IMG/VR virus record: IMGVR_UViG_3300042691_038416
Location: 1-64,000 of that record
Direction: 5' to 3' (one strand)
From: a virus
DNA length: 64,000 nt
Below are positions 9,819-18,791 of the stretch, one piece after another. Position numbers and translations under genes: made by a program. The notes under the pieces were generated by a model. That model was not told the DNA's origin. It saw nothing but the letters and a program-made list of their open reading frames with translations, and searched no databases. Each line of letters begins with the position of its first letter. Within the stretch, counting starts at the first letter, position 1.

Positions 9819-10742
9819 TTAAGACCAAATCCAAATAGATTCATCAGAAGTATTTACAAACATATTTCCATATCCACTAGTACCTCCATATGTTGGATTA
9901 CCAGATGGAGTTCCAGCTGAAGCTGATACAGAAACAAGCCAACTATTAGGCGTAGCAGTAGTATCCCCAGATGCTACCCCAGGAGCTACTGACCATCTAG
10001 ATATTCCTCCGTCATAGAATAAAGATTCACCTGTTCCAGCAGCACTAGTTTGAATTATAATACCACCATCAGCAGCACTTGTAGAGCCAGAAGATAATAA
10101 AATAAATTTATCTGTAACTAATAAATTAGATGAGCTTACTGTTGTTGTAGTACCATTAACTTGAAGATTACCTCCAATTATTACTGTAGAGCCATCATCT
10201 GTGATAGTTGAATTAGCAAATGCTGTACCAGTCCATTTAGTCACAGTATTTGTACTTAATGCGCTTGCTCCTGATACAGAGACAGTTACTGCTGCTCCTT
10301 CAGACGCAGCGGCTATAGTAGTAATACCTGTACTATTCGCTACACTAGCAACATAATTTCCAGTTGTATCTGTACCTAAAGCTACTGAGTCTGGTTGTAT
10401 TGTTGCTACTCCAGAGCCATTAATTAATATATCACCGCTAACTCCAGCCCAAGAAGCTGAGCTAAATTGAGACACTGTAGCGTATTTATTTGCTCCATCA
10501 TTAACAAATACTTGTGTTGTACCTAATATTGGTGTTAATTGAGTTGATGGAAATGTAGCTGTTACACCAGTTAAATTACTACCATCACCTTTAAATGATC
10601 CAGTGAATGAACCTGTTAAAAATGTTGTTGATTGTGCTGTTGTTATTTGTTGGTTAGTTCCAACTAAAATAGCTGTACTAGCTGTGACTGCTGTTAAATG
10701 TGCTTGTGATCCTGATACTACTACTTTCTTCCAAGTTGCCAT
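9819..10742 (-). CDS. Putative virion fibre/structural protein
   Basis: GSFTGSFKGDGSNLTG, GNLQVNGTTTTV and DGGIII motifs typical of phage fibres; late motif upstream. Confidence 0.65.
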   Translation of the reverse strand: MATWKKVVVSGSQAHLTAVTASTAILVGTNQQITTAQSTTFLTGSFTGSFKGDGSNLTGVTATFPSTQLTPILGTTQVFVNDGANKYATVSQFSSASWAGVSGDILINGSGVATIQPDSVALGTDTTGNYVASVANSTGITTIAAASEGAAVTVSVSGASALSTNTVTKWTGTAFANSTITDDGSTVIIGGNLQVNGTTTTVSSSNLLVTDKFILLSSGSTSAADGGIIIQTSAAGTGESLFYDGGISRWSVAPGVASGDTTATPNSWLVSVSASAGTPSGNPTYGGTSGYGNMFVNTSDESIWIWS

Positions 10743-10785
10743 TCTTAACGTTTTTAAAGATTATTTTTATTTTATTATAAATATA

Positions 10786-11601
10786 TTAATATCCGAGATA
10801 AAAATCAGTACCATCAAAATATATACCACCAGCTATTGAGATTGGAGGTGAAGGAAAGATACCTAAAACTGTAACTCCAGATCCTGTTACTGTTAGTACA
10901 GAAGAAGATCCAGATTTAATTATTAAAGAGGAAGCTCCATTTTGATTTAAAATATCTAAACTACCAGTTATTATAACATTTTGAACTAGAGAATTAACAT
11001 AAGAAGCAGTTGAAGCATTAACTGCTAATACTGAATTACTAGACCAACTCGCTGTACCAAATAAACTACTAGTTATTCCACCAACATTTAATTGATTTGT
11101 AGATGGAGTATAAGAAAAACTAGTATCTAAATAAGGAACCATTTGTCCAGCATCATCAACGATAACTGGATAAAATAAAGATGCGGTTGTACTAGCATCT
11201 AATACATTAATTTTATTTGAAATTTCAGAGTGACTAGCTGAAAGTGCGTAACTAGCTGATAAAGAATTTCCTGAGAAGTAGGAAGCTGTTAGAGCATTAG
11301 TGGACCAACTTGATGTTCCTGTTAGAGGACCTATAAATGATCCATTAAAAGATCCGGTACCTATTAAAGTAGTACCATTATATGTTAATACAGGAACTCC
11401 TCCAAAAGTATTAGAATTATTATATTGAATTTGAGTATTAGAACCACCAGGAGTACCTCCCCCACCCCCACCATTCATAGCATAAGAGGAGGTTAAAGCA
11501 TAACTTGCACTTACAGATAATGAAGCTGATACTGCTCGTTGAGCTTTGATGGCTTCATTGACTACAACTTTAGATATTACTTTTTTACTATATCCAGCCA
11601 T
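10786..11601 (-). CDS. Putative virion fibre/structural protein
   Basis: SASYA/TASW repeats and PGGSNTQIQYN motif. Confidence 0.6.
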   Translation of the reverse strand: MAGYSKKVISKVVVNEAIKAQRAVSASLSVSASYALTSSYAMNGGGGGGTPGGSNTQIQYNNSNTFGGVPVLTYNGTTLIGTGSFNGSFIGPLTGTSSWSTNALTASYFSGNSLSASYALSASHSEISNKINVLDASTTASLFYPVIVDDAGQMVPYLDTSFSYTPSTNQLNVGGITSSLFGTASWSSNSVLAVNASTASYVNSLVQNVIITGSLDILNQNGASSLIIKSGSSSVLTVTGSGVTVLGIFPSPPISIAGGIYFDGTDFYLGY

Positions 11602-11825
11602 TAAAGTTCTCTCATGTAAATTAGAAAGTCTTCTATTACAATTTTATGTTCAGGAGAAGCACTCTTAAATGCTTCAATTATAATTTGGTTTTGATCTTTT
11701 TTACCTTCTGTTATGAGCTGTCTCATAGGCTTTAAAGCAGATTCAGCTAATAATAAATCAGAACCATCATAGTCTGATAGATCATTAAGGTATAATTCTA
11801 TTACTTTATTTAGATAAGCACTCAT
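11601..11825 (-). CDS. Hypothetical protein
   Basis: 74-aa ORF translationally coupled on both sides. Confidence 0.55.
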   Translation of the reverse strand: MSAYLNKVIELYLNDLSDYDGSDLLLAESALKPMRQLITEGKKDQNQIIIEAFKSASPEHKIVIEDFLIYMREL

Positions 11826-12288
11826 AAATCATATTTTTTACTTTATTAAACAATTCATTTAATTTACTTATCTGAGAATTTAACCATTTTAATCGTTCTC
11901 CTAAGCGTTTTCCTTCCATTGGAGTTTCCATATTTGATTCTGGGATATAGGATTTAAATGGTTTTAAATATTCATTTCCAGTTAAGAATATAAATTTATC
12001 TTTATTTAAATTAAGACCAGCAGATTTCATTTGTTTTACTGTTTCTTCTCCCCATTTTTCTTTTTCATCTGATGGCATTTCCTTAAGAGTTTTATCATAA
12101 GGTGCCAATTCTTTGTTTAAAGGAACTAAATGGTGTTTAGCTGATAATATAAACATTTTATCAGGATTAAGTGATTTACCAAATTCTAATGTTTTTCTGA
12201 ACATAGGAGAAGCGGAGTAGAGCTCCTGCGCGGGAGCCCTATGATCCAATTTAGATTTAGTACAACTTAAAAGTACAATCTTGGCCAT
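11806..12288 (-). CDS. DUF6884-like (YaaA-like fold) protein
   Basis: IVLLSCTKSK, AQELYS, FILSAKHHL, PYDKTL, PMEG and GERLKWL motifs recognised from this family. Confidence 0.65.
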   Translation of the reverse strand: MAKIVLLSCTKSKLDHRAPAQELYSASPMFRKTLEFGKSLNPDKMFILSAKHHLVPLNKELAPYDKTLKEMPSDEKEKWGEETVKQMKSAGLNLNKDKFIFLTGNEYLKPFKSYIPESNMETPMEGKRLGERLKWLNSQISKLNELFNKVKNMIYECLSK

Positions 12289-12310
12289 TTAAAATATTTT
12301 GTTATAAATA

Positions 12311-13327
12311 TTAGACAGGCACTATTTCTTTAATTATTTCTGATTTATATAAAGCGTTTAAATGAATTTTCATACACTGGCTAAATATAATTTTATATTC
12401 TGGACATTTTTCTAGTATTTTTTGTATTATTGCAAAATGTGTACTTACTTTATAAGTCCAGCAGTCAAAATATGTTCGCTCTAAATTTAGACGTTTATAT
12501 ACAGCATGATAATTTTTATTATCTGATTTAGTTAGTAATTTTTCAAACACACTAGCTAAAAATAGAATATATGGTCTAGATTGATCATATTCACAATTTG
12601 CTATAATTTCTCTAGCTATTTTAGTATTACCTTCATCAGTACTATTCAACATGTTATATAATGTCTCATAGATTTCTAAATCAATAACTGTATCTTTATT
12701 AATTTCTTTGTCTATAGATGAGTCAAGAACAACATGTAAATTATATTTTTCTATATTTTCAAATAATTCAATTATAAATTCTATGTTATCACATACTTTT
12801 TTATGACCATGATCTCTTTTAATTGGAAAACCTTCTATTTGAGGATGATTACTAAATTGTTTAAAATCACCAGAATGTTTTATAATGTTTTCACTTTCTG
12901 TATAGAAAAATAAAGTATCTGAGTATCCATTAGTTTTATTATATGCCCAATTATCTCTACCAAAATATTTATTTTTATCTTTTTGTATTTCTTTAGCTGG
13001 GATAAGTGTATATATTTTATTTTTTTCAGTTTTAAAACTGTTTAAAAAATCCTTATCAATAATAATAGTATCTATTTTATCCCACTTTCTAGCTTTTTTA
13101 ATATTCAATTTATTTTCTTGAATATGATTTTTTAATTTATAAACTGGATAATTTGATATTGGAGATAAATAAATTGTAGAGTTATCTTTAAGTTTATTAT
13201 CTTTATTTTTTTCACAAAGTTTATTATACTTAGTTAAAATTTCTTTAGTTAGAAATCCAGCTGTTAATGAGTAATTAATACTATATTTTGATGTGTTCCA
13301 ATTAGCGGAATATATTTCTCTATACAT
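12311..13327 (-). CDS. Hypothetical protein (third gene of VWA-MoxR cluster)
   Basis: 338-aa ORF immediately downstream of the ATPase. Confidence 0.6.
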   Translation of the reverse strand: MYREIYSANWNTSKYSINYSLTAGFLTKEILTKYNKLCEKNKDNKLKDNSTIYLSPISNYPVYKLKNHIQENKLNIKKARKWDKIDTIIIDKDFLNSFKTEKNKIYTLIPAKEIQKDKNKYFGRDNWAYNKTNGYSDTLFFYTESENIIKHSGDFKQFSNHPQIEGFPIKRDHGHKKVCDNIEFIIELFENIEKYNLHVVLDSSIDKEINKDTVIDLEIYETLYNMLNSTDEGNTKIAREIIANCEYDQSRPYILFLASVFEKLLTKSDNKNYHAVYKRLNLERTYFDCWTYKVSTHFAIIQKILEKCPEYKIIFSQCMKIHLNALYKSEIIKEIVPV

Positions 13328-13329
13328 AA

Positions 13330-14532
13330 TTATTTAGTTAAGAATTTTAGAAGCGTTTTGTTTAACATTAATGATTTAAACGCTGATGAGTTACCATTAT
13401 AAATTGATTTAACTATACTATATTTCAAATCAACTGCGAATAAATCTTCATTCATTAGAAACGCTAAACGATCAATCATTCCTTTTTCAATCTTACTAGT
13501 TTTAGCATAAAACAAACTATAGTTAATAAGACGTGTTGATAAAATTGAAGCTAAATCTGCTCTATACTTATCACCTTTACCAATAATTCCTTTAAGTGTA
13601 TTTAAAACATATTCTTCACTTTCATGGAATAAGATATCTTCAGGTGAAATCATCTTATCTAACTTATTATTAATAAACATTGTAAATAATGTTGTAAATT
13701 CAGGCCCAACTGATCCTTCTCCAATCATTTGTATCAAACCTAAATTAGATTCAAATGATTTAATTGATGAAATAGCATTAAAAAATGTTGTAATACTTCT
13801 TGAGTTAGTATTTGTTGATACTAGTTCTGGATGTTTTAATAAGAAGTTAATACATCGACCATCAATTTGATTTTCTTCAGCCCACACACTCCAACATTTG
13901 ATATCAAATTTTAAATCAACAGTAATAAATCGAGTGCGTTGAGCGTTATCTATACTATTAACTAAATATTCTCCATTATCAGGATTACTTGTTAATATAA
14001 TATGCCAATCTTTAGGTAACTTCCAACTAATATATTCTTGACGATCAATTAGTTCCATCACAGCTTGTATAAACCTGATATCAGCGCGATTCCAATCATC
14101 TAATAATAGTACACCACCATTTTCTTTACCTGAGATCCATTCAGGTGGACAATAGCTCATTCGATTACGACCTGTAGTCATCCATCCTTTTTTATGAAAA
14201 TCTTCTACTGCGTGTTCATCAACCCATCCTTTTTGTGTTTGACTTTCCATTTCAAATTGACGAATTGGAAAACCAACCAAATCACCTAATTCTTCAATTT
14301 GGGCGAGATTCAATTTAACAAAATTAAATCCTAACTCATCTTTTAATTGAACAATAGATGATGTTTTACCAATACCTGAATCTCCTACAATTTCAACTGC
14401 TACTGGCGGTTTGTTATTTTCTTGTAGGTAACGATTGTTGTTAACAATGTGACGTAAGAAATCTTTTGCTTCATTAATGTTTAATGAAACACGCTGTGTT
14501 GTTGATTTTGATGATGTTTTTGCTTTAGCCAT
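13330..14532 (-). CDS. MoxR-like AAA+ ATPase
   Basis: Walker A GDSGIGKT, Walker B LLLDD, sensor TSNP, arginine-finger AQRTRF. Confidence 0.85.
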   Translation of the reverse strand: MAKAKTSSKSTTQRVSLNINEAKDFLRHIVNNNRYLQENNKPPVAVEIVGDSGIGKTSSIVQLKDELGFNFVKLNLAQIEELGDLVGFPIRQFEMESQTQKGWVDEHAVEDFHKKGWMTTGRNRMSYCPPEWISGKENGGVLLLDDWNRADIRFIQAVMELIDRQEYISWKLPKDWHIILTSNPDNGEYLVNSIDNAQRTRFITVDLKFDIKCWSVWAEENQIDGRCINFLLKHPELVSTNTNSRSITTFFNAISSIKSFESNLGLIQMIGEGSVGPEFTTLFTMFINNKLDKMISPEDILFHESEEYVLNTLKGIIGKGDKYRADLASILSTRLINYSLFYAKTSKIEKGMIDRLAFLMNEDLFAVDLKYSIVKSIYNGNSSAFKSLMLNKTLLKFLTK

Positions 14533-14586
14533 AACTTTTATTTTTTATTTAGATTAAATATATGATTTAAAATCCTGGAATCCGAA

Positions 14587-15759
14587 CTATTGGATTTTAA
14601 TTATATTTCCCCAATTTAATTCTTTAACAGTTTCTATATCTGATCCATTTGATGATAATACTATCAACATAGGTTTAAAAGTAGTAGTTGATTTTTCAGG
14701 AATATATCCGTCTGTTAATATAATCAAACTATTATATTGTCTATGTTCATTAAAATATTTTACAAATGGATTCATATCTGTACCTCCTCTACCAGTTACA
14801 GTTTTAGGTACTTTACCATCATATTCATAAACATTATGTACACTAGCATCTCCTTCAGCTATAGTAATACTAATGCCTGTTTTATGCATATGATTAATTT
14901 CGTTAAAAAATTCTAATATGTCCTTATCACTAACTGAACCGGATGTGTCAATTCCTACTAATACATGTTTTTTAGGTTTAATTTTTAATGCTGGATTAGA
15001 TGGAAATCGTTTATTATATTTTCGTCTTGTTTTTTTAGTATATACTTTACTTGATGAGCCAAAAAATCTTCTAAAATATCCTTTCCAATCATATGATGGA
15101 GGTGTGACTTCAAGTAATTCATCAATATATGATTTAAGTTCAGATGGTACAAAACCCATATCTTTAGATGATTCTAAAACTTGTTTTACTTGATGTCTTA
15201 ATTGTGCTTCAGCTAATTTCTTATCAGCATCAGATAAATCATCAAATTCTTTCCATGTTGGATGTAATCCATCACCTTCACCTCTTAAAGCATCCATTAA
15301 ATCTTTTAAGGTCTTACAGGAGCATTCATCAAGTGATTTTTGTAATAGTCTATAATACTCTCTAGCACCAGCTTTTAATGGTAAATTAAGTTCAGGAAAT
15401 GAAGTTGGTAATAAAATATCAGGTGATGGATAATAATCAGGCGTTAAATACTGATTAATTTCAATATCCATAGCTACATTTGCTAATTCATGGTCTGGAA
15501 AATCATCTTTAAATGTTAGATGACCAAAACATATATGAAGTAATTCATGTTTAAATAAACCAATTTTTTTCTTATCTGTGTCTAAACTATTCCAAAATTC
15601 TTCATTTACTGCTAATTGGTAGTTAATTCCATTCTTACATACTCCAGCAGTAGGAACATCTTGTCTAATTACTTTATTTAGTGTTGATAAAAATACACCA
15701 TAAAATGGTTCACTAAACATTAATTGTTTTCCAATTTTGGAAAGATCATCGTGTATCAT
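14587..15759 (-). CDS. VWA-domain protein with N-terminal HExxH metallopeptidase-like domain (DUF2201-like)
   Basis: HELLH; MIDAS DTSGS; GRGGTD; LTDG. Confidence 0.85.
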   Translation of the reverse strand: MIHDDLSKIGKQLMFSEPFYGVFLSTLNKVIRQDVPTAGVCKNGINYQLAVNEEFWNSLDTDKKKIGLFKHELLHICFGHLTFKDDFPDHELANVAMDIEINQYLTPDYYPSPDILLPTSFPELNLPLKAGAREYYRLLQKSLDECSCKTLKDLMDALRGEGDGLHPTWKEFDDLSDADKKLAEAQLRHQVKQVLESSKDMGFVPSELKSYIDELLEVTPPSYDWKGYFRRFFGSSSKVYTKKTRRKYNKRFPSNPALKIKPKKHVLVGIDTSGSVSDKDILEFFNEINHMHKTGISITIAEGDASVHNVYEYDGKVPKTVTGRGGTDMNPFVKYFNEHRQYNSLIILTDGYIPEKSTTTFKPMLIVLSSNGSDIETVKELNWGNIIKIQ

Positions 15760-15786
15760 AACTTTTATTTTTATTAAATATAAGAG

Positions 15787-15809
15787 AAAAGGCTCGGTAA
15801 TCCGAGCCT
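15787..15809 (-). terminator. Intrinsic terminator overlapping the next promoter
   Basis: AGGCTCGG/CCGAGCCT stem followed by U-tract on minus strand. Confidence 0.7.
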
Positions 15810-15814
15810 CTTAT

Positions 15815-16489
15815 TTACTTAATTTTTTGTAATCTTCGATATACTTCATGAAGTGGTTCTTCACTTAATGCTCTATTTATTCTAGAGAGTAATGGATCTT
15901 CACCACTTGGTTTTCGACCGCGTTTAGATAAACCTAAAGCTTTTGCTTTTAATTTAGCTACTTGATCAGCAGTAAGTGTTTCTGTTTGTCCACCACTTTT
16001 AGGTATAACATATGTAATTTCCTCTTCAGAAGGTACATAATTTGGATCAGTTATCCAACGTTGCTTTAATAATCTTTCAACTCCTTCTCTACTTGTATCA
16101 CTTGCTTTTCTACCTTTTTTACCTGGAGTTTCAGGTTTTACTTTTTTAGGAATAGCGGTTTCTGCTTTATCTGCTATGACACCACTAGCAATAAGTTCCT
16201 TAACTTGAGGACCAAATCTAGTGTTTTTCATGTTTAAGATTTGGGCTAAACCTTTAACAAAATTTCCTGTATTTGGATCTTTATATCCCAATCTAGTCAT
16301 ATCATAATCAGTAGCACCTTCAATAGCTGTAATTATTTTAACAACATAGTTGTCTTCTGGGTATAATCTTTTAATTTTAGCTGCTTTTTCAGGATTAACT
16401 ATAACTAATCCTTTACCAAGACGGTCTTCAGATATAGTTATTTCTTCTCTAACAATACTTCTAATTATTTGAACTAGTTTATTTGCCAT
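15815..16489 (-). CDS. Putative internal head DNA-binding protein (wHTH-like plus basic GRK motifs)
   Basis: N-terminal IIRSIVREEI...ISE tag; GKKGRK and KRGRKP; similar to 5534..6295. Confidence 0.5.
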   Translation of the reverse strand: MANKLVQIIRSIVREEITISEDRLGKGLVIVNPEKAAKIKRLYPEDNYVVKIITAIEGATDYDMTRLGYKDPNTGNFVKGLAQILNMKNTRFGPQVKELIASGVIADKAETAIPKKVKPETPGKKGRKASDTSREGVERLLKQRWITDPNYVPSEEEITYVIPKSGGQTETLTADQVAKLKAKALGLSKRGRKPSGEDPLLSRINRALSEEPLHEVYRRLQKIK

Positions 16490-16523
16490 TTAAGTAATAT
16501 TTTATTATAAATATTATTAAATT

Positions 16524-17828
16524 TTAAGAAAGCAATGACTCAGCAACATATATACCTTGTGCTCCACTAACAGTAATACCACGAGCACTTAAAGCATCTC
16601 CTACAAAATGTACATTAGGATAGTCAGTTAATGATAAATTGTTATAATTTACTAATGGTTCAGGACTTAAATATTTTACCTCAGGCATATATATACCCCA
16701 ATCATCTCCCATTTCTGGAAATACAATTTGCATTTCTGTAATGAAGTCTTCAATATATTGAGCGTATTCTTCACCTAATGCTTCAAATAATGGTTCCATT
16801 GTATCTACTTGAATTGCTGATACTGTATTTCCTTCAGATGTTAAAGCTGGTGTACGAGTACGATTAGGTGAGTAATAAGTACCGGTACCATCAATTTGTA
16901 ATTTTTTAACTGCTTCTCTACTCCATTTAAATGGATCTTCAATACCTTTGATTTCCATTAAAATACCAAAGTTAGTCATATCATTTCTAAATTGTTCACC
17001 TTTTTTAGCGTGACCATTATAAGTAATATCACCATATGTTTCTTCAACAGCTACATATGCTGCGTTATTGTTTGTACAAAACGAACGTAATGATACTTTA
17101 TCAAATTTCTTATATAATTTGAAATCATAACTTACATCAATTAATTTTTGGAAATATTTTTGTGGTGCTTCAAAACGTACTCCAATTTGAACTGATTTAG
17201 GCTCAGTTGGTAATTTATATTCATTTGATAGTGATTGAGCAAAGTCAATACCACTTTTACCTACTGCGAAGATTAATTTATCATAATGTGCTCTAAAGTC
17301 ATCATCTTGTCCTTTTTTAAGCCATAGATATTCATTATTAAAATCAATTTCTACTACTTCAGTATTCCATCTAAATTTAACACCTTTATCAATTAAATAT
17401 GAATACCATGCTTTAGCAATTTCATGCAAATAGTTTGAACCAATATGCCATACCGGGAATAATCTTAATCCAAAATATGGTTTAATGAATTCAGGTTCTT
17501 CTTGTGGATCAGAACAAAATATTTCTTCTGGTTTAGGATGGAAACGTCTAAAATTACTAATAACTTGATCCATTAATTCCATTGCTTTATCCTCACCACA
17601 GTATTTACTTAATACTCCTCCAATTGCTGTATGGTAAGTTAATTTACCATCACTCCACCCTCCAGCTCCTAACATACCTGTCATTACTTCTTCAGGTAAA
17701 CGATTGTGTGGGTCATTTCCTTTATCTATAATGGTAATACATTCTCCTGGGTATCCATTATCAACTAATTTAGTAGCAGCATTAATACCTGCCACACCAG
17801 CACCTACAATTACTATTCTTTTGTACAT
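16524..17828 (-). CDS. FAD-dependent oxidoreductase (COG2509-like)
   Basis: GAGVAG dinucleotide-binding motif, GAGGWSDGKL, C-terminal VGD...RGI. Start reassigned to MYKRIV (17828) because a promoter and terminator lie in the ORF-track extension. Confidence 0.85.
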   Translation of the reverse strand: MYKRIVIVGAGVAGINAATKLVDNGYPGECITIIDKGNDPHNRLPEEVMTGMLGAGGWSDGKLTYHTAIGGVLSKYCGEDKAMELMDQVISNFRRFHPKPEEIFCSDPQEEPEFIKPYFGLRLFPVWHIGSNYLHEIAKAWYSYLIDKGVKFRWNTEVVEIDFNNEYLWLKKGQDDDFRAHYDKLIFAVGKSGIDFAQSLSNEYKLPTEPKSVQIGVRFEAPQKYFQKLIDVSYDFKLYKKFDKVSLRSFCTNNNAAYVAVEETYGDITYNGHAKKGEQFRNDMTNFGILMEIKGIEDPFKWSREAVKKLQIDGTGTYYSPNRTRTPALTSEGNTVSAIQVDTMEPLFEALGEEYAQYIEDFITEMQIVFPEMGDDWGIYMPEVKYLSPEPLVNYNNLSLTDYPNVHFVGDALSARGITVSGAQGIYVAESLLS

Positions 17829-17881
17829 ATGTTTTTTTATCTTATAATTAAATATATTTAAATTTTTCTTGTAAGCCAAAT

Positions 17882-17907
17882 AAAAAGGCCCACCTAAAGG
17901 GTGGGCC
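17882..17907 (-). terminator. Intrinsic terminator
   Basis: GGCCCACC/GGTGGGCC stem plus U-tract on minus strand. Confidence 0.8.
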
Positions 17908-17958
17908 ACTACTCCTATAAATTTTACTCTCGAATAGGTAATGAATCTATTCTATAAA

Positions 17959-18504
17959 TTACTTAAGTGTAAATCTAGTTGTACTTTGTAAAATAGGTAC
18001 ATTTAATAAATTAATTGATACACCAATAAGAGGTTTTCCATTTAAAACATTTACACCACCAAATAATCCATATCTAGAATATCCTACAATAGCTCCAATA
18101 GGAACAGATCCCATTAACTCACCATTAGGATCAGGCACGACACCAACATTAAATCCACCACCAAAGAAAAATCTATTTTCAACAGTAATTGAACTATCTT
18201 GATGTATAACTCCATTAGCAAAAGAGAAAATATAACTATATCCAACATAAATTGGTGTTGTTAATCTCCAGTTTCCATCAATTTTTTCAACTTGAGTGAA
18301 AGTTAATTGTAAGGCTGGAGTACGTACCTTCATAGATACGGTAATGTCTGGGATAACTCTAAATCTATCTGCTGTACTATCTATAGTAATAGCTTTATAA
18401 GATTTATTAGTAACACGACCTTTTACTATATCTGGAGTAAAAGTTTGAGCGGAGCAAAAGCTTACAGTTAATAGTAAGCTCATTAATAATAATAGTTTTT
18501 TCAT
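17959..18504 (-). CDS. Secreted / outer-membrane beta-rich protein
   Basis: Sec signal peptide MKKLLLLMSLLLTVSFCSA-Q; amphipathic beta strands. Confidence 0.6.
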   Translation of the reverse strand: MKKLLLLMSLLLTVSFCSAQTFTPDIVKGRVTNKSYKAITIDSTADRFRVIPDITVSMKVRTPALQLTFTQVEKIDGNWRLTTPIYVGYSYIFSFANGVIHQDSSITVENRFFFGGGFNVGVVPDPNGELMGSVPIGAIVGYSRYGLFGGVNVLNGKPLIGVSINLLNVPILQSTTRFTLK

Positions 18505-18517
18505 TTTTAAAATTGTT

Positions 18518-18542
18518 AAAAAAGTCCGCTTTCGCGGACTTT
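18518..18542 (-). terminator. Intrinsic terminator / hairpin
   Basis: AAAGTCCGC/GCGGACTTT stem plus U-tract. Confidence 0.65.
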
Positions 18543-18559
18543 AGTTTTTGTAAATTTAA

Positions 18560-18742
18560 TTATTTCAGTTTTGTAGAAGCTGCTACACGGAAATAAATAG
18601 CACCGGCAGCACCAGCGATTGTTAAAATATCTGCTAAAGTAGCGTCAACATCAAATCCAGCTAATCTAGAAATGATTGGAGCAAGAGTTACTAATACTGA
18701 CCAAATCGTCTTTGATTGGATCCATGATTTTACATCTGTCAT
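18560..18742 (-). CDS. Small two-TM membrane protein (holin-like)
   Basis: KSWIQSKTIW start, two hydrophobic segments, basic C-terminus; late motif upstream. Confidence 0.55.
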   Translation of the reverse strand: MTDVKSWIQSKTIWSVLVTLAPIISRLAGFDVDATLADILTIAGAAGAIYFRVAASTKLK

Positions 18743-18791
18743 AATTTTAATTTTTTAATGTTTATTATAAATATTGTAAAAAATTTAAAGG

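Noticed and set aside
7405-11601. Diversity-generating retroelement or invertible fibre cassette
   Set aside because: No reverse transcriptase, recombinase or near-identical nucleotide repeat pair seen; similarities are short and at protein level
17829-17909. N-terminal extensions given by the ORF track (also 56922-57041 and 61524-61604)
   Set aside because: They span promoter/terminator elements or overlap another gene; downstream ATGs have better context
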